Virus record (IMG/VR): IMGVR_UViG_3300030085_003750
Coordinates: 1 to 64,000 of that record
Length of the DNA: 64,000 nt
Strand: one strand, 5' to 3'
Origin: a virus
In this document: positions 17,734 to 27,926 of the stretch, piece by piece
Layout of the letters: each line of letters starts with the position of its first letter
Position numbering within the stretch: the stretch's first letter is position 1
Made by a program: the position numbers and the translations under genes
The notes under the pieces: model-generated
Databases searched by the model: none
The model's input: the letters and a program-made list of their open reading frames with translations, nothing else
What the model was told of the DNA's origin: nothing

Positions 17734-19021
17734 TTACGGTGAGTACAACGGAGAAATAACAAAAAAGAAAAAAGACTCTCTTGACACTTCAAATACGAGT
17801 TCATCTAATGCAATCAAAAAAGTAATTGTAAAAAACTATTCTGAGTCTAAAATTAAACAAGGTCCATATGTTGGTTATGTATTGAGGGTAGATGAAAAGG
17901 ATGTACCTTGGTATGCCGTATTTAAGACAGAATGGACAGCAAAGGTCAGAGTTCCAGAGTTGGATGCACACATTCCAGAACCAGAAGACTTTGGTCCAAA
18001 AGTAACTGATGAACTGGAATTACAAAAAATAGAATTGCATCCAACCTACTTGCCCCGAGGTGCTAAGGTAAAAAATAAACCGACAGTCGGAGCAAAAGTT
18101 CTTGTCGAAAGAGACGATAATGGTCAGAACAGTTTTATAGTTGAGATTTTAGAAGAGGAAGGTTCTGAATCTGAAAAACCAAAAGGTGCAGGACCAAAAG
18201 ATGCTCATGGAAAGGGAGGTAATGGACCCAAAGGTAGAACGGGCGGCGGCGGCGGCAGCGGTAAAAAGGGAAAGAGGTATAGAGGTGGTCCCAGAGTTAA
18301 CGAGACAAACGAAGAAGGTTTATCTGGGTTTCGAAAGTGGAAACGTGCAGCACCACCAGTCATTATTGTAGTTCATGAATCGGGTGGAAGCAGAATATCA
18401 TCAACAGAACATGTGTTAAAGAAGAAAGGTTTAGGTGTACATTATCTTGTAGACAACGAAACAAATAGGGTTATAGAATATGAAAATTGGAAAGACAATT
18501 ATATGGCACATTGTCCTGGGTTTAATAGACAAACCATTGGGATAGAATATAATCATGCTTATCACGGAAAAGAAAATCTTCTTAAACCTTGTAAGTTTTA
18601 TTGGAAACAGAAATATAATATACCTAAGACCGAAGCGCTAGAACATTGTTATGGTCTTGTAAGTCATTTATGTCAGGTAGCGAGTATACCTTTTGTCATG
18701 CCACAAATGATAGGTGGTAAATTTACATTCATCGGCGGCGTAGGTAAAAATATGACAAGTGGTGTTGTCAGTCACGTTGCAGCATCACCAAATCACGGCG
18801 ACGGCAATTATATGTGTCTTTATTTTGCAATAAGGCAAGCAGGTCATTCGCCACAGGCAGCAGGTCAGATAGCGTTTGAAATAGCAAAAGTAGCAACAAA
18901 CTTTAGTAGTCACAAAATACCAGTTGGTAGTGAGAACATTCCACCCATGCAAGTAAGTATTGAAAAACATATGCCCTTAACTTGGGACGAGAGAAGGAAG
19001 CATCCCGAATATGCTTCGTAA
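17726..19021 (+). CDS. Baseplate hub/spike gp5-like OB-fold fused to an N-acetylmuramoyl-L-alanine amidase (Amidase_2/T7-lysozyme type)
   Basis: N-part GYVLRV...AKVRVPEL...PTVGAKVLV; Gly/Lys linker; C-part IIVVHES, GVHYLVD, AHCPGFNRQTIGIEY, VVSH...HGDG. Confidence 0.7.
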   Translation: MADYGEYNGEITKKKKDSLDTSNTSSSNAIKKVIVKNYSESKIKQGPYVGYVLRVDEKDVPWYAVFKTEWTAKVRVPELDAHIPEPEDFGPKVTDELELQKIELHPTYLPRGAKVKNKPTVGAKVLVERDDNGQNSFIVEILEEEGSESEKPKGAGPKDAHGKGGNGPKGRTGGGGGSGKKGKRYRGGPRVNETNEEGLSGFRKWKRAAPPVIIVVHESGGSRISSTEHVLKKKGLGVHYLVDNETNRVIEYENWKDNYMAHCPGFNRQTIGIEYNHAYHGKENLLKPCKFYWKQKYNIPKTEALEHCYGLVSHLCQVASIPFVMPQMIGGKFTFIGGVGKNMTSGVVSHVAASPNHGDGNYMCLYFAIRQAGHSPQAAGQIAFEIAKVATNFSSHKIPVGSENIPPMQVSIEKHMPLTWDERRKHPEYAS

Positions 19022-19034
19022 GGTTTTATAGAAA

Positions 19035-19943
19035 ATGAATAAAAAAGCAATAGATAGAAAAGACATTACAGATAAAAAATCAAAAACAATTTCCACTGGT
19101 AAAACAGGTTTTGATATGCTTCGTAGTGGTGTATTTTGTTCAGAATTGGTAGAACCTATTCCAGACTATGTTCAAGCAGAATGTGAGATTGTCCAGAAAG
19201 GAAAAAATAATAATTATATTGTTATGGGTCGTGACCGAGATGGTTCTCGAAACAGTGGATATGGAGGAAAGGGAGATACACAAGCGTCCATGATTGATAT
19301 TGTTGTTGGTCGCATGGCATCAGCACCAAAAGACGAAGCATTCGTTGACCCAGATTTCGAAACAGATTCAGCAAGAATTTATATAAGTCAGAAAGCGGAT
19401 ATTGACAATTACTTTGGACTCGCAGAGGGAAGTGGAAATGCAAAGACTAAATCTGCGATTGCAATGAAGGCAGATGCACTTCGTTTTGTTTCTCGTGAAG
19501 GTATAAAACTTGTTACAGGAACAGATGATGCCAATTCACAAGGAGTCGATGTATCCGAAGCAAAATTTGGAGTAGATATTATAGCAAACAATGCCGATTC
19601 AGATTTACAACCAATGGTGAAGGGAGATAATCTTGTTGAAGCAATGCAGAAGTTGACGAAACATGTAGCAAAATTAAATGGAATTGTAGAAGGATTACTT
19701 TTAGAGCAGGATAAACTAAATAAAGAGGTAAAAGACCACTGGCACGTATCTGCAATTCCTGGGTTCCGCACGTCCCCTTCACCAACCTTGCAACTTACTG
19801 CCCCTATCACAATTTTTAGACATCTTTCTAAGACAAAGACTTCGCTTAGAACGAATCGAACGAACTTGGAAAACTTTCAAAAAAACTATTTATCTTCATC
19901 TGGTAGAGGTTATATAAACAGTCGCTACAATAAGGTGAATTAA
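19035..19943 (+). CDS. Putative baseplate spike (gp5 C-terminal-like) protein
   Basis: GKNNNYIVMGRDR, SARIYISQ, IAMKADALRFVSREGIKL, QPMVKGDNL and a HWH motif near the C-terminus; lies between the gp5-like gene and gp25. Confidence 0.5.
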   Translation: MNKKAIDRKDITDKKSKTISTGKTGFDMLRSGVFCSELVEPIPDYVQAECEIVQKGKNNNYIVMGRDRDGSRNSGYGGKGDTQASMIDIVVGRMASAPKDEAFVDPDFETDSARIYISQKADIDNYFGLAEGSGNAKTKSAIAMKADALRFVSREGIKLVTGTDDANSQGVDVSEAKFGVDIIANNADSDLQPMVKGDNLVEAMQKLTKHVAKLNGIVEGLLLEQDKLNKEVKDHWHVSAIPGFRTSPSPTLQLTAPITIFRHLSKTKTSLRTNRTNLENFQKNYLSSSGRGYINSRYNKVN

Positions 19944-19946
19944 TAA

Positions 19947-22900
19947 ATGAGTATCACACCACAACAATCTCGTCTTGTAGATGAGAAGAGAAAAAATAAA
20001 CATATCGAAGAAACTGGATATGATTATTCTTCCGAAGAACAAAGAGGCATTCAATCTCTTGTCGAAGCGAATATCGAATTTGAAGACCAATTAAGAATTA
20101 CAACACTTATTCCAAGGGTGGGAACTACAAACGGAGTAAGAGTAACTCAGGAAGGTAGAGATGCTTATATTGCTGCTCATCCACAAAATGCTGCTAGAAA
20201 AGGAGAAAGACTAAGAATAGCAGACCTTTTGGCAGCAGGAAATTCAACATTAGATGAGGAACCAGAGGCAGAAGAACAAGAAGAAGAGCAAGAACAACCA
20301 GAACCTCCAAGACCAAATCTTCATAAAAGGTTTCCACCAGTTTCCGAGGTATCATATCATAAGGCAAATCAGGTAGTAAAGACATATCGAAAAGCAGAAG
20401 CAAAGGAAGATAATTTTCATCGCCTTCTTGATAATAACGAAGAGGTAGTTGTGATAGACGACTTTGTGGGCAAAGACGGAGAATTTGCATTTGTCAAGTC
20501 TTTGTTAAATCCTAGTTATGGTGAATTTTATGTTCCTAGAAATAAAATATCTTTTGTAGAAAATTCTCCTATGCCAACACCTTATGATATCTCTGGTGTC
20601 GGAGCAACTCCAATTGGCGGTGAAACTACTCCTTGGACTTCTCTACCTATGGAGAAACCAACTGAGATTTCTCAAACAGCAGAAATGAAAATCGTGGTGT
20701 ATCTTGAAAGAAGGAATTTGACAACAGCGGATAGACCTGCTGCTCTCGAAGAGGCATTCTACAATGGAATGGAAAAGATTTTAAAATCAAAAGGTAAGAA
20801 AAGTACAAAAGAATATATTAAGAAAAGTTTTGTAGAAAATAACTTTTGGGATAAACCAGCACAGGCGTGTGAATTATTCTTAGACCCTAGAAGAGTTGGG
20901 GCAAAAGTTAAAGCAGTTGTCAAGGTGCCAATAAGAAATATTATACCTCTTGAAAATGATGAACCAGAATTTGCACATAGAGAAGAATATAGAACAGAAG
21001 ATTTTAAGTCAAAGATTGAAAAACTTGCTACCAAGATAAGAGATATTGAGGAAAAGAAGGAAGAATTTATCTCAGAGGGTGGAAAGGTACTAGCATTCTT
21101 TCCTAAGATTACAGCATCAGCAATTAGAAATGTTCCTAAAAATATAGAATATATTGCAAGTAAAAATTCAGATTACGCTAAGACTGGAAAGAAGATATTT
21201 GAAGACAAGGGAGTGTTAAAACTTTATTGGAACAAATATGCCCAAGCGGGTATGGTAAAGTTTCACGCAGATAATGGCGAAGTTTATAACTTCAACGAGC
21301 AGATGAGAGAATACAGGTCTCGAATCGGTTCAGAGAGAAGAACACAAGACCTCATAATGAATATGAACTTCATCGTCGAGGGAGAACTGGAAACACCTTG
21401 GAAAGAATTTGTTACTACATTTGTGAACCACAAACCAGTTAAAATTATACCAAAAAAAGAGGAATCTAAAAATCAAGAAGAGGCAGAAGCAGAAGGTCCA
21501 AAAGTAAAGACAATAGAAGAACTTCAAAAAGAAAACAATTATTATTCAAATGTAGACAGAAGAGAAGAGGCATATAACAAGAGAAAGGAACAATCAGATT
21601 TTGCTGGAAATCCTACTCTGAGTCCAGATAAGTCTTCCAAAATGGGAGAAATCATCAGCAAAGACGCAGAAGAATTATATAAGCATTTTATTAATAAAGT
21701 TGATATTGGCAAGATTGCTTTAAAATCAGCAAAGTGTTTAATGCCAGATGTACCTGTTCGTTCTTTAAAAATGTTGAAAAGAGATTTTGACATTTTAGAA
21801 AAAGAATTTAAAAAATTAAAAAAGGAACACAAGGAAGGTAAATTATTAGATTTTCTACAACCAGATGATTTACCAACAGATGACATTTCAGATGCATTCT
21901 TCAAGACTCTTCGCCAACAGTTAGAAGGTATTCTCACACAAGTTATTTCTTCAATTGTTGGAAACTTGCTCGGCGCTTTCTTTGATAGTTGTAACAAAAG
22001 AGACAAGGAACAGTCAGGTGGTCCAAACCCTCCTGAACTAGAAGGCGTCCTCGCTGACCTGCAAGACAAAATGCAAGATTTGTTCGATGCTGGTTTTGTT
22101 GACCCGACAATGTTCAGGAACTTGATGAACGACCTTGCGAACCTTCTTTCTTTGAGAGAGTTATGTGACTTATTGAGAGGGCAACCAGACAGAGATACAC
22201 TCGATATCGTCAAGAATCTACTGGAAACTTCTTATTGTCAACTAGAACTTGATACTGACCAAGAGGTTATAGACTTTTTCCTTTCGGTATCTGGTTCTAT
22301 GGACTTGACGATATGTGACGAACTGGGAACTATAATTGAAGGTTTACCAGAGGATTTTATTTGTCCACCAGACTCTTCTGTTCGTGATGCCTTGTTAAGA
22401 GGAAAGGGATTGACTGATGAAGAAATCCGAGACCAAATGGAAAGGGAGAGACAAAGAAACGCAGAATTAGCAGAACAACTTCTTGGGGATGCGCTTTCTG
22501 ATAGAAGAGGTCCAAACCTTTTTTGTGCAAAGGATGAGCAGGGAAACACTATTCCAGGCGTTATGCCTTTCATGGATGCTCAGTTCGAGTATACATTTGA
22601 ATCTACTTTATCTAGCATGTTTAGAAGCACTTATAATTCTTTTTCAGAGGAAGGGTTGAGATATGCACAAAATCTTTTCTTAGAAGTAGAAGAACAAGAA
22701 GAAAAAGAATATGATATGTTGGGACCGATTCCAGAACCACCAGGGAACAGACCAGTCGGACCTCAGTTCACTAAAACGGTTTTGGTTACAAAGAGAAAAC
22801 CAATACCGCATCTTGAAGATTTTTATAAAAAACCAGAGTTTGGTGAATCCACTAACAATTCATTAGAAATTGTAATTCCAACGGTTGAAGTTAGTTCTAT

Positions 22901-25637
22901 CGACAAGGCAAAGGAATTGTTCGAGCAAATGCAAGGAATGGATAGTCCTTTGCTAGACCAACTCGAAGAAATGAAAACGGCACTGAAAAAACAGAATGAA
23001 AATGTTTCTAAGATAAAAGTAACAGAACTTTCACACTGTGAGGTGTTGGACAGGATGAATGAACCGCAGGAGATAGAAGACACCAGAACTGATGAAGAAA
23101 AAAGAATTGATGAAATAAAAAAAGATATTGGTGCCAAAGCAGTTCGCCTCGCTCAAATAAAAGAACGACTGGAATCCATTGATGATGAAATATTAGTAGC
23201 ACGAGCGTCATTGAATTATGCTCGACAAAGATTTTTAGACTTGCAAAAAAATGCACTAGAACAAGAACAAGCAAAACTTGAAAGAGAAATAAAAAATCTC
23301 AAAGAGGAAATGAATCAACCTGTATATGATACAAATTCCCTAGAAGATAATGAGTGTGGAAATGGCGAACCAACACCACAGGAAAATGCAAGGGAGGAAG
23401 AACCCCCTACGATTCAGCAACCTCCTATTCAACCATCTATTCCTGTTTATGATTTTATTCAAGAAGACAGAGACTGTGAAACAGATTCCTTGTTAGGCAA
23501 CTCTATCAGTATTAACGATAAAGAATATTTTGGTCAAAGAGAAATCAATGAAGGCATAATATCTTTTATGAATGAAAATGTTGGTTCTGATAAACCGAGA
23601 AATAAGGAAACCTGCATTCAAGCAATATTCAACAAATCGCTAGAAATAGAAAATATTAATAGACAAGAAAAGGACAGAAGAAGGTCAGCATTCGAATCTG
23701 CTTCTGCTTCTATTGCAAAAAATGTGAGAGATAACATTTATAAGGTCTTGATGAAGATGTTGGAAAAGTCAAAGTATTTATCTTATCAGACTCTTCGAGC
23801 AGACCCATCTGGACCAAGTTACGATAGATATATAATGGAGTTTATAAATCTAGGACCAACACCAACACCAGAGTGTGACCCGCATCTTTTAAAATTATCT
23901 CAATTAATCGAAGAAGTAAGAGATGGAATGCAGGAGGCAATGTGTCTAGACTTGAATCCATCACCAGATGGAGAAAAACCAAAAATGTCTCCACTCGAAA
24001 CTGCAATGATGAAAGCATGTATCAAAGCAACGTTTAGACACTACATTATAGAAACTCTTGTTTCTGGAATTCTCACACTCACTACTTTTGAAGGAAGAGG
24101 GACGGGAATAACAGACCTCAAATGTTCATATATTATTGAAAAGATGAGCGATAGCATGAACAGATATTCTAAACCAGTCGAGGGTGATTCTTGTTCCTCT
24201 GGTGATACTTTTTCGGGAGACCTTCCAAACTACTTTGCAGATTTTATTGAACAAGTAGAGAATGCCTACGGTGGGAAAAATGATAAAAATAATTCTCTAC
24301 TAAGAAAGGTTTTGAAAGAAGAGTATGAAATAATTGCAAGAGGATTAATGGATGCACTTTTGATACCGTCAACTGGTGAGACAGGAATTTTGTATAAATT
24401 TTCGTCACAAGAATTACCAGTGATTTCAGAAGCAACTGAAATGAATGGTCGAGGTCTTTTATTGCGTGTCGATGGTTCTGGTCAGTCAGGTGATTTTATT
24501 AATCCATTTGTTTATTATAGAAAAGATGGGAAAGAGTATTTTTCATTAGTAACAAATACTCTGAGTCCTCAACTTGTGAATAATTACGAACCATATTTGA
24601 TGCCCGATGGCGTTACGGAGAGATGGGTGATTCCGATAATAGAAAGAGGAAACCCAGAAATTTTATTAATTCAATCTGCTTTATTTACTACTTTTTTTCC
24701 TTTGGAAGATTATGCATCTTCTCTTTCTATTCATGAGATGGAAACCGTATCTCGTATGGAATCGACATCTCATTCTTTCGGAGAAACAAGAGACAATCTG
24801 TTTTCTTTATTCTATGCAATCACACCAGAAAAAGACGATTGGAGCAAACAAAATAAGGCACTTTCTTCTGTTGGAGGTTCAAGTGGTCTTACTAAATTGT
24901 TTGATTTTAATAATAATGTTTTCGACACACCATGTACAGAATTTTCTTACAACTTTGGTTTTAACGGTGTATGCTGGGGTAATCCTTTTGCTGGTTTAGG
25001 CGGTCTGTTTGCTATGGCGTTGCGTATGGCAAGAGATGCAGCGTTAATGGAATTTAAAAAATATGTACAAAGGAATGACCCAGCAGTTAAACTTGCGTCA
25101 AGATTATCATTCTTATCAAAACTTGCTTGTGTTAATATTCCAACTAGCGCAATCGCAGGTGGATTGAATGCTGCTCTTCCATTAATTTTTCCTCTTACTC
25201 CTATTGCCCAGGCATTCCATGCTCTTGGTTTAGGTATATTTTTACCAGCATCACTTCTTAATTCCGATTCGGATGAAGGTCAAGAGGCGAGAAATCAAAT
25301 TAAAGATGCAGGTTTGAGGTTGCCTCCTTATTGCGGTGACCCAGTTGATGAAAGAGACTTGGCAACACAGCAATCTCAGAGGTCCGATGCGGAAAGAAGA
25401 AGAGATGAAGACAGAGAAAGGGTCAGAGTTCAAGAAATTAATAATCAAATTTTACCTAAATCTCTCAGAATACAAGAAATAGAAGAAAGACTTGAAGAGA
25501 TACCTGTTGAGATAGCAAGGGCATTCTCAGCGGGTAACAGTAATCGCAAGACATTCTTGGAGATGGAAAGAACACGACTTGAAAGAGAGAGAGAAGAACT
25601 TTTAGAGGAGGTTGATGCTCTTAGGCAGCAACTATAA
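19947..25637 (+). CDS. Very large (1896 aa) mostly helical protein in the baseplate block
   Basis: Long ORF with coiled-coil segments, a hydrophobic patch near the C-terminus and a duplicated ~70-aa coiled coil. Confidence 0.6.
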   Translation: MSITPQQSRLVDEKRKNKHIEETGYDYSSEEQRGIQSLVEANIEFEDQLRITTLIPRVGTTNGVRVTQEGRDAYIAAHPQNAARKGERLRIADLLAAGNSTLDEEPEAEEQEEEQEQPEPPRPNLHKRFPPVSEVSYHKANQVVKTYRKAEAKEDNFHRLLDNNEEVVVIDDFVGKDGEFAFVKSLLNPSYGEFYVPRNKISFVENSPMPTPYDISGVGATPIGGETTPWTSLPMEKPTEISQTAEMKIVVYLERRNLTTADRPAALEEAFYNGMEKILKSKGKKSTKEYIKKSFVENNFWDKPAQACELFLDPRRVGAKVKAVVKVPIRNIIPLENDEPEFAHREEYRTEDFKSKIEKLATKIRDIEEKKEEFISEGGKVLAFFPKITASAIRNVPKNIEYIASKNSDYAKTGKKIFEDKGVLKLYWNKYAQAGMVKFHADNGEVYNFNEQMREYRSRIGSERRTQDLIMNMNFIVEGELETPWKEFVTTFVNHKPVKIIPKKEESKNQEEAEAEGPKVKTIEELQKENNYYSNVDRREEAYNKRKEQSDFAGNPTLSPDKSSKMGEIISKDAEELYKHFINKVDIGKIALKSAKCLMPDVPVRSLKMLKRDFDILEKEFKKLKKEHKEGKLLDFLQPDDLPTDDISDAFFKTLRQQLEGILTQVISSIVGNLLGAFFDSCNKRDKEQSGGPNPPELEGVLADLQDKMQDLFDAGFVDPTMFRNLMNDLANLLSLRELCDLLRGQPDRDTLDIVKNLLETSYCQLELDTDQEVIDFFLSVSGSMDLTICDELGTIIEGLPEDFICPPDSSVRDALLRGKGLTDEEIRDQMERERQRNAELAEQLLGDALSDRRGPNLFCAKDEQGNTIPGVMPFMDAQFEYTFESTLSSMFRSTYNSFSEEGLRYAQNLFLEVEEQEEKEYDMLGPIPEPPGNRPVGPQFTKTVLVTKRKPIPHLEDFYKKPEFGESTNNSLEIVIPTVEVSSIDKAKELFEQMQGMDSPLLDQLEEMKTALKKQNENVSKIKVTELSHCEVLDRMNEPQEIEDTRTDEEKRIDEIKKDIGAKAVRLAQIKERLESIDDEILVARASLNYARQRFLDLQKNALEQEQAKLEREIKNLKEEMNQPVYDTNSLEDNECGNGEPTPQENAREEEPPTIQQPPIQPSIPVYDFIQEDRDCETDSLLGNSISINDKEYFGQREINEGIISFMNENVGSDKPRNKETCIQAIFNKSLEIENINRQEKDRRRSAFESASASIAKNVRDNIYKVLMKMLEKSKYLSYQTLRADPSGPSYDRYIMEFINLGPTPTPECDPHLLKLSQLIEEVRDGMQEAMCLDLNPSPDGEKPKMSPLETAMMKACIKATFRHYIIETLVSGILTLTTFEGRGTGITDLKCSYIIEKMSDSMNRYSKPVEGDSCSSGDTFSGDLPNYFADFIEQVENAYGGKNDKNNSLLRKVLKEEYEIIARGLMDALLIPSTGETGILYKFSSQELPVISEATEMNGRGLLLRVDGSGQSGDFINPFVYYRKDGKEYFSLVTNTLSPQLVNNYEPYLMPDGVTERWVIPIIERGNPEILLIQSALFTTFFPLEDYASSLSIHEMETVSRMESTSHSFGETRDNLFSLFYAITPEKDDWSKQNKALSSVGGSSGLTKLFDFNNNVFDTPCTEFSYNFGFNGVCWGNPFAGLGGLFAMALRMARDAALMEFKKYVQRNDPAVKLASRLSFLSKLACVNIPTSAIAGGLNAALPLIFPLTPIAQAFHALGLGIFLPASLLNSDSDEGQEARNQIKDAGLRLPPYCGDPVDERDLATQQSQRSDAERRRDEDRERVRVQEINNQILPKSLRIQEIEERLEEIPVEIARAFSAGNSNRKTFLEMERTRLEREREELLEEVDALRQQL
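23100..23315 (+). repeat. Protein-level repeat, copy 1 (copy 2 at ~25425-25634)
   Basis: RIDEIKKDIGAKAVRLAQIKERLESIDDEI...RQRFLDLQKNALEQE vs RVQEINNQILPKSLRIQEIEERLEEIPVEI...RKTFLEMERTRLERE. Confidence 0.55.
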
Positions 25638-25653
25638 AATAAAATAGTTTGCC

Positions 25654-25660
25654 CTATTTA
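25654..25660 (+). promoter_or_regulatory. Putative late-promoter motif CTATTTA
   Basis: Intergenic, directly before RBS GAGGAG and ATG 25678. Confidence 0.55.
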
Positions 25661-25677
25661 GGGTGAGGAGAAAATCA

Positions 25678-26067
25678 ATGTCTAGAGGATTATCACCAAA
25701 ACTTCCACTTCAAAAAGACCCAGCAGATGGATATGCTTTAAATAAAGATTACATAGACCTTGTAAAGCAAAACTTAAAAATGTTATTATTAACAGCACCA
25801 GGCGAAAGAATGATGGAACCTAATTTCGGAGTAGGTCTTAGAAACTATCTTTTTGAAAATAATTCAAATTCAACTCATTCAGAAATTGAGTCTAGAATAA
25901 GAAACCAGGTCAAATTTTATATGCCATTTATTGAAGTTCAATCAGTTAATTTTAATTCTTTCGATACTAGAAAGTCAAGTGGAAATGGTCTTCATTTAGA
26001 CATGAATTTTCGCATTATTCCATTCGACCTTTTTGCTTCACTGGAAATAGAGGTTGGAACTAATTAG
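25678..26067 (+). CDS. Baseplate wedge protein, gp25/GPW family
   Basis: VKQNLKMLLLTAPGERMMEPNFGVGLRNYLFE...I..Q...YMP. Start moved to the ATG after GAGGAG. Confidence 0.9.
   Translation: MSRGLSPKLPLQKDPADGYALNKDYIDLVKQNLKMLLLTAPGERMMEPNFGVGLRNYLFENNSNSTHSEIESRIRNQVKFYMPFIEVQSVNFNSFDTRKSSGNGLHLDMNFRIIPFDLFASLEIEVGTN
26060..26066 (+). promoter_or_regulatory. Putative late-promoter motif CTAATTA
   Basis: Overlaps the gp25 stop; upstream of GAGG RBS and ATG 26091. Confidence 0.4.
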
Positions 26068-26090
26068 AATTATAGTGAGGAATCAATTAG

Positions 26091-27926
26091 ATGAGTAAAA
26101 AGCGAGCAGTATCAATAAAATACACAAGTCGTGAGTTTGATTCAATTAAATCAGACTTAATTGATTATATTAGAAGGTATTATCCAAACACTTACAGAGA
26201 TTTTAACGAAGCATCTTTTGGTTCTCTTGTAATTGACACTGTTGCTTATATCGGTGACATTCTTTCATTCTATATCGACTATCAAGCAAATGAAACTTTC
26301 GTAGAGACTGCGACAGAATATAATAATATATTAAGACTTGGTAGGCAACTAGGATATAAGTTTGGTGGCGCAGCATCTTCATATGGCACAGCGTCACTTT
26401 ATGTTCTTGTACCTGCTTCAACTACTGGCATAGGTCCAGATATGAGTTATGTGCCTGTATTAAAACAAGGAGCAGAATTCACAGGAACAACAGGTGCGGC
26501 ATTCATGTTGAATCAGGATGTCCACTTTGGTAATCCTGGTGCTTCTATAAGAGTCGCCCGAGTGGATGAGACCACTGGAAATCCTACTCATTACGCAGTA
26601 AAAACTTATGGTCAAGTAATGTCTGGAGAACTTAGAACCGAGTTTATCCCCATCGGCGCTTACAAGAAGTTTAATAAAATTACCCTTGATGCTCTTGACG
26701 TATCTGAAGTCGTTTCAATTGTTGATTCCGAAGGAAACGAGTACTTTGAAGTTGATTATTTAAGTCAGAATGTTGTTTACAGAGGTATAACGAACAGAAT
26801 GACAACAACATCATCAGAGGGAACTTATGCTACAGGAGACCAAGCATCGGAGATATTAAAACCAGTTGTTGTCCCAAGAAGATTTATTAAAAACAGAAAT
26901 GTTCGAACAACTGAGATTATCTTTGGAGCGAGCGCTGACTCAGAAGTTCCAAAAGATTTTTTGACAGAACCACAGACTTCTATTTTGGACATTCATGGTA
27001 AAAATTATATTCAAGATACGACATTTGACCCAACAAGGTTAATACAGAGTGATAAATTCGGCGTTGCTCCTTCTAACACCACTCTTACGGTTACTTATAG
27101 AATAAATACTGTACAGAATGTGAATCTAAGAGTGGGTCAATTGAACAGTGTTGGAGAATACAAGATGGAGTTTAACGACGTAGTTTCTTTAGACGCTTCT
27201 AAGGTGAATGATGTTGTTAATTCCTTGGAGATTGATAATGAAGAACCCATCCTTGGTGACATAGATATACCAAACACTGACGAGTTAAGGCACAGAATAA
27301 GAGACACGTTCGCAACACAAAATAGAGCAGTCACGCAACAAGATTATGAATCGTTTGTTTACCAGATGCCCCCTAAATTTGGTTCAGTCAAGCGCTGCCG
27401 TATTATGAGAGACAGTGACTCTCTGAAAAGGAATTTAAACTTGTATGTGATTTCAGAAGACCAGACAGGAATTTTGACACAGGCAAACAGTGTTATGAAA
27501 AATAACGTAAAGACCTGGTTACAAAAGAACAAGATGATAAACGACACGATTGACATTCTAGATGCAAGAGTCATCAATTTATCCATAGAGTTTGTTGCTG
27601 TTGGTTCCTTGGAAAGAACAAAATTTGAAGTTCTATCAGCAGCGTATGAAAGATTACAAGAAAGGTTTCAGAGATTACCAGATATTGGCGAACCTTTCTT
27701 TGTTACGGATGTTTATAAAGAACTGAGAAATGTTGAAGGCATTCTTGACGTGACCGATGTCAAGATTATAAAGAAGAATGGAGATATTGCAGATAGAGTC
27801 TACTCTGATGTATCGTTTAATTTAGAAAAGATGACTTCTGCTGATGGAAGATTTATCGAAATGCCAAAAAACGTAATTTATGAAATTCGTTATCCAGAGT
27901 TCGATATAAAGGGAGTGATTGTATAA
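26091..27926 (+). CDS. Baseplate wedge subunit, T4 gp6/baseplate-J-like
   Basis: YTSREFDSIKSDLIDY...DFNEAS.G...IDTVAYIGDILSFY...ANETF...LGY; QNRAVTQQDY. Confidence 0.85.
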   Translation: MSKKRAVSIKYTSREFDSIKSDLIDYIRRYYPNTYRDFNEASFGSLVIDTVAYIGDILSFYIDYQANETFVETATEYNNILRLGRQLGYKFGGAASSYGTASLYVLVPASTTGIGPDMSYVPVLKQGAEFTGTTGAAFMLNQDVHFGNPGASIRVARVDETTGNPTHYAVKTYGQVMSGELRTEFIPIGAYKKFNKITLDALDVSEVVSIVDSEGNEYFEVDYLSQNVVYRGITNRMTTTSSEGTYATGDQASEILKPVVVPRRFIKNRNVRTTEIIFGASADSEVPKDFLTEPQTSILDIHGKNYIQDTTFDPTRLIQSDKFGVAPSNTTLTVTYRINTVQNVNLRVGQLNSVGEYKMEFNDVVSLDASKVNDVVNSLEIDNEEPILGDIDIPNTDELRHRIRDTFATQNRAVTQQDYESFVYQMPPKFGSVKRCRIMRDSDSLKRNLNLYVISEDQTGILTQANSVMKNNVKTWLQKNKMINDTIDILDARVINLSIEFVAVGSLERTKFEVLSAAYERLQERFQRLPDIGEPFFVTDVYKELRNVEGILDVTDVKIIKKNGDIADRVYSDVSFNLEKMTSADGRFIEMPKNVIYEIRYPEFDIKGVIV

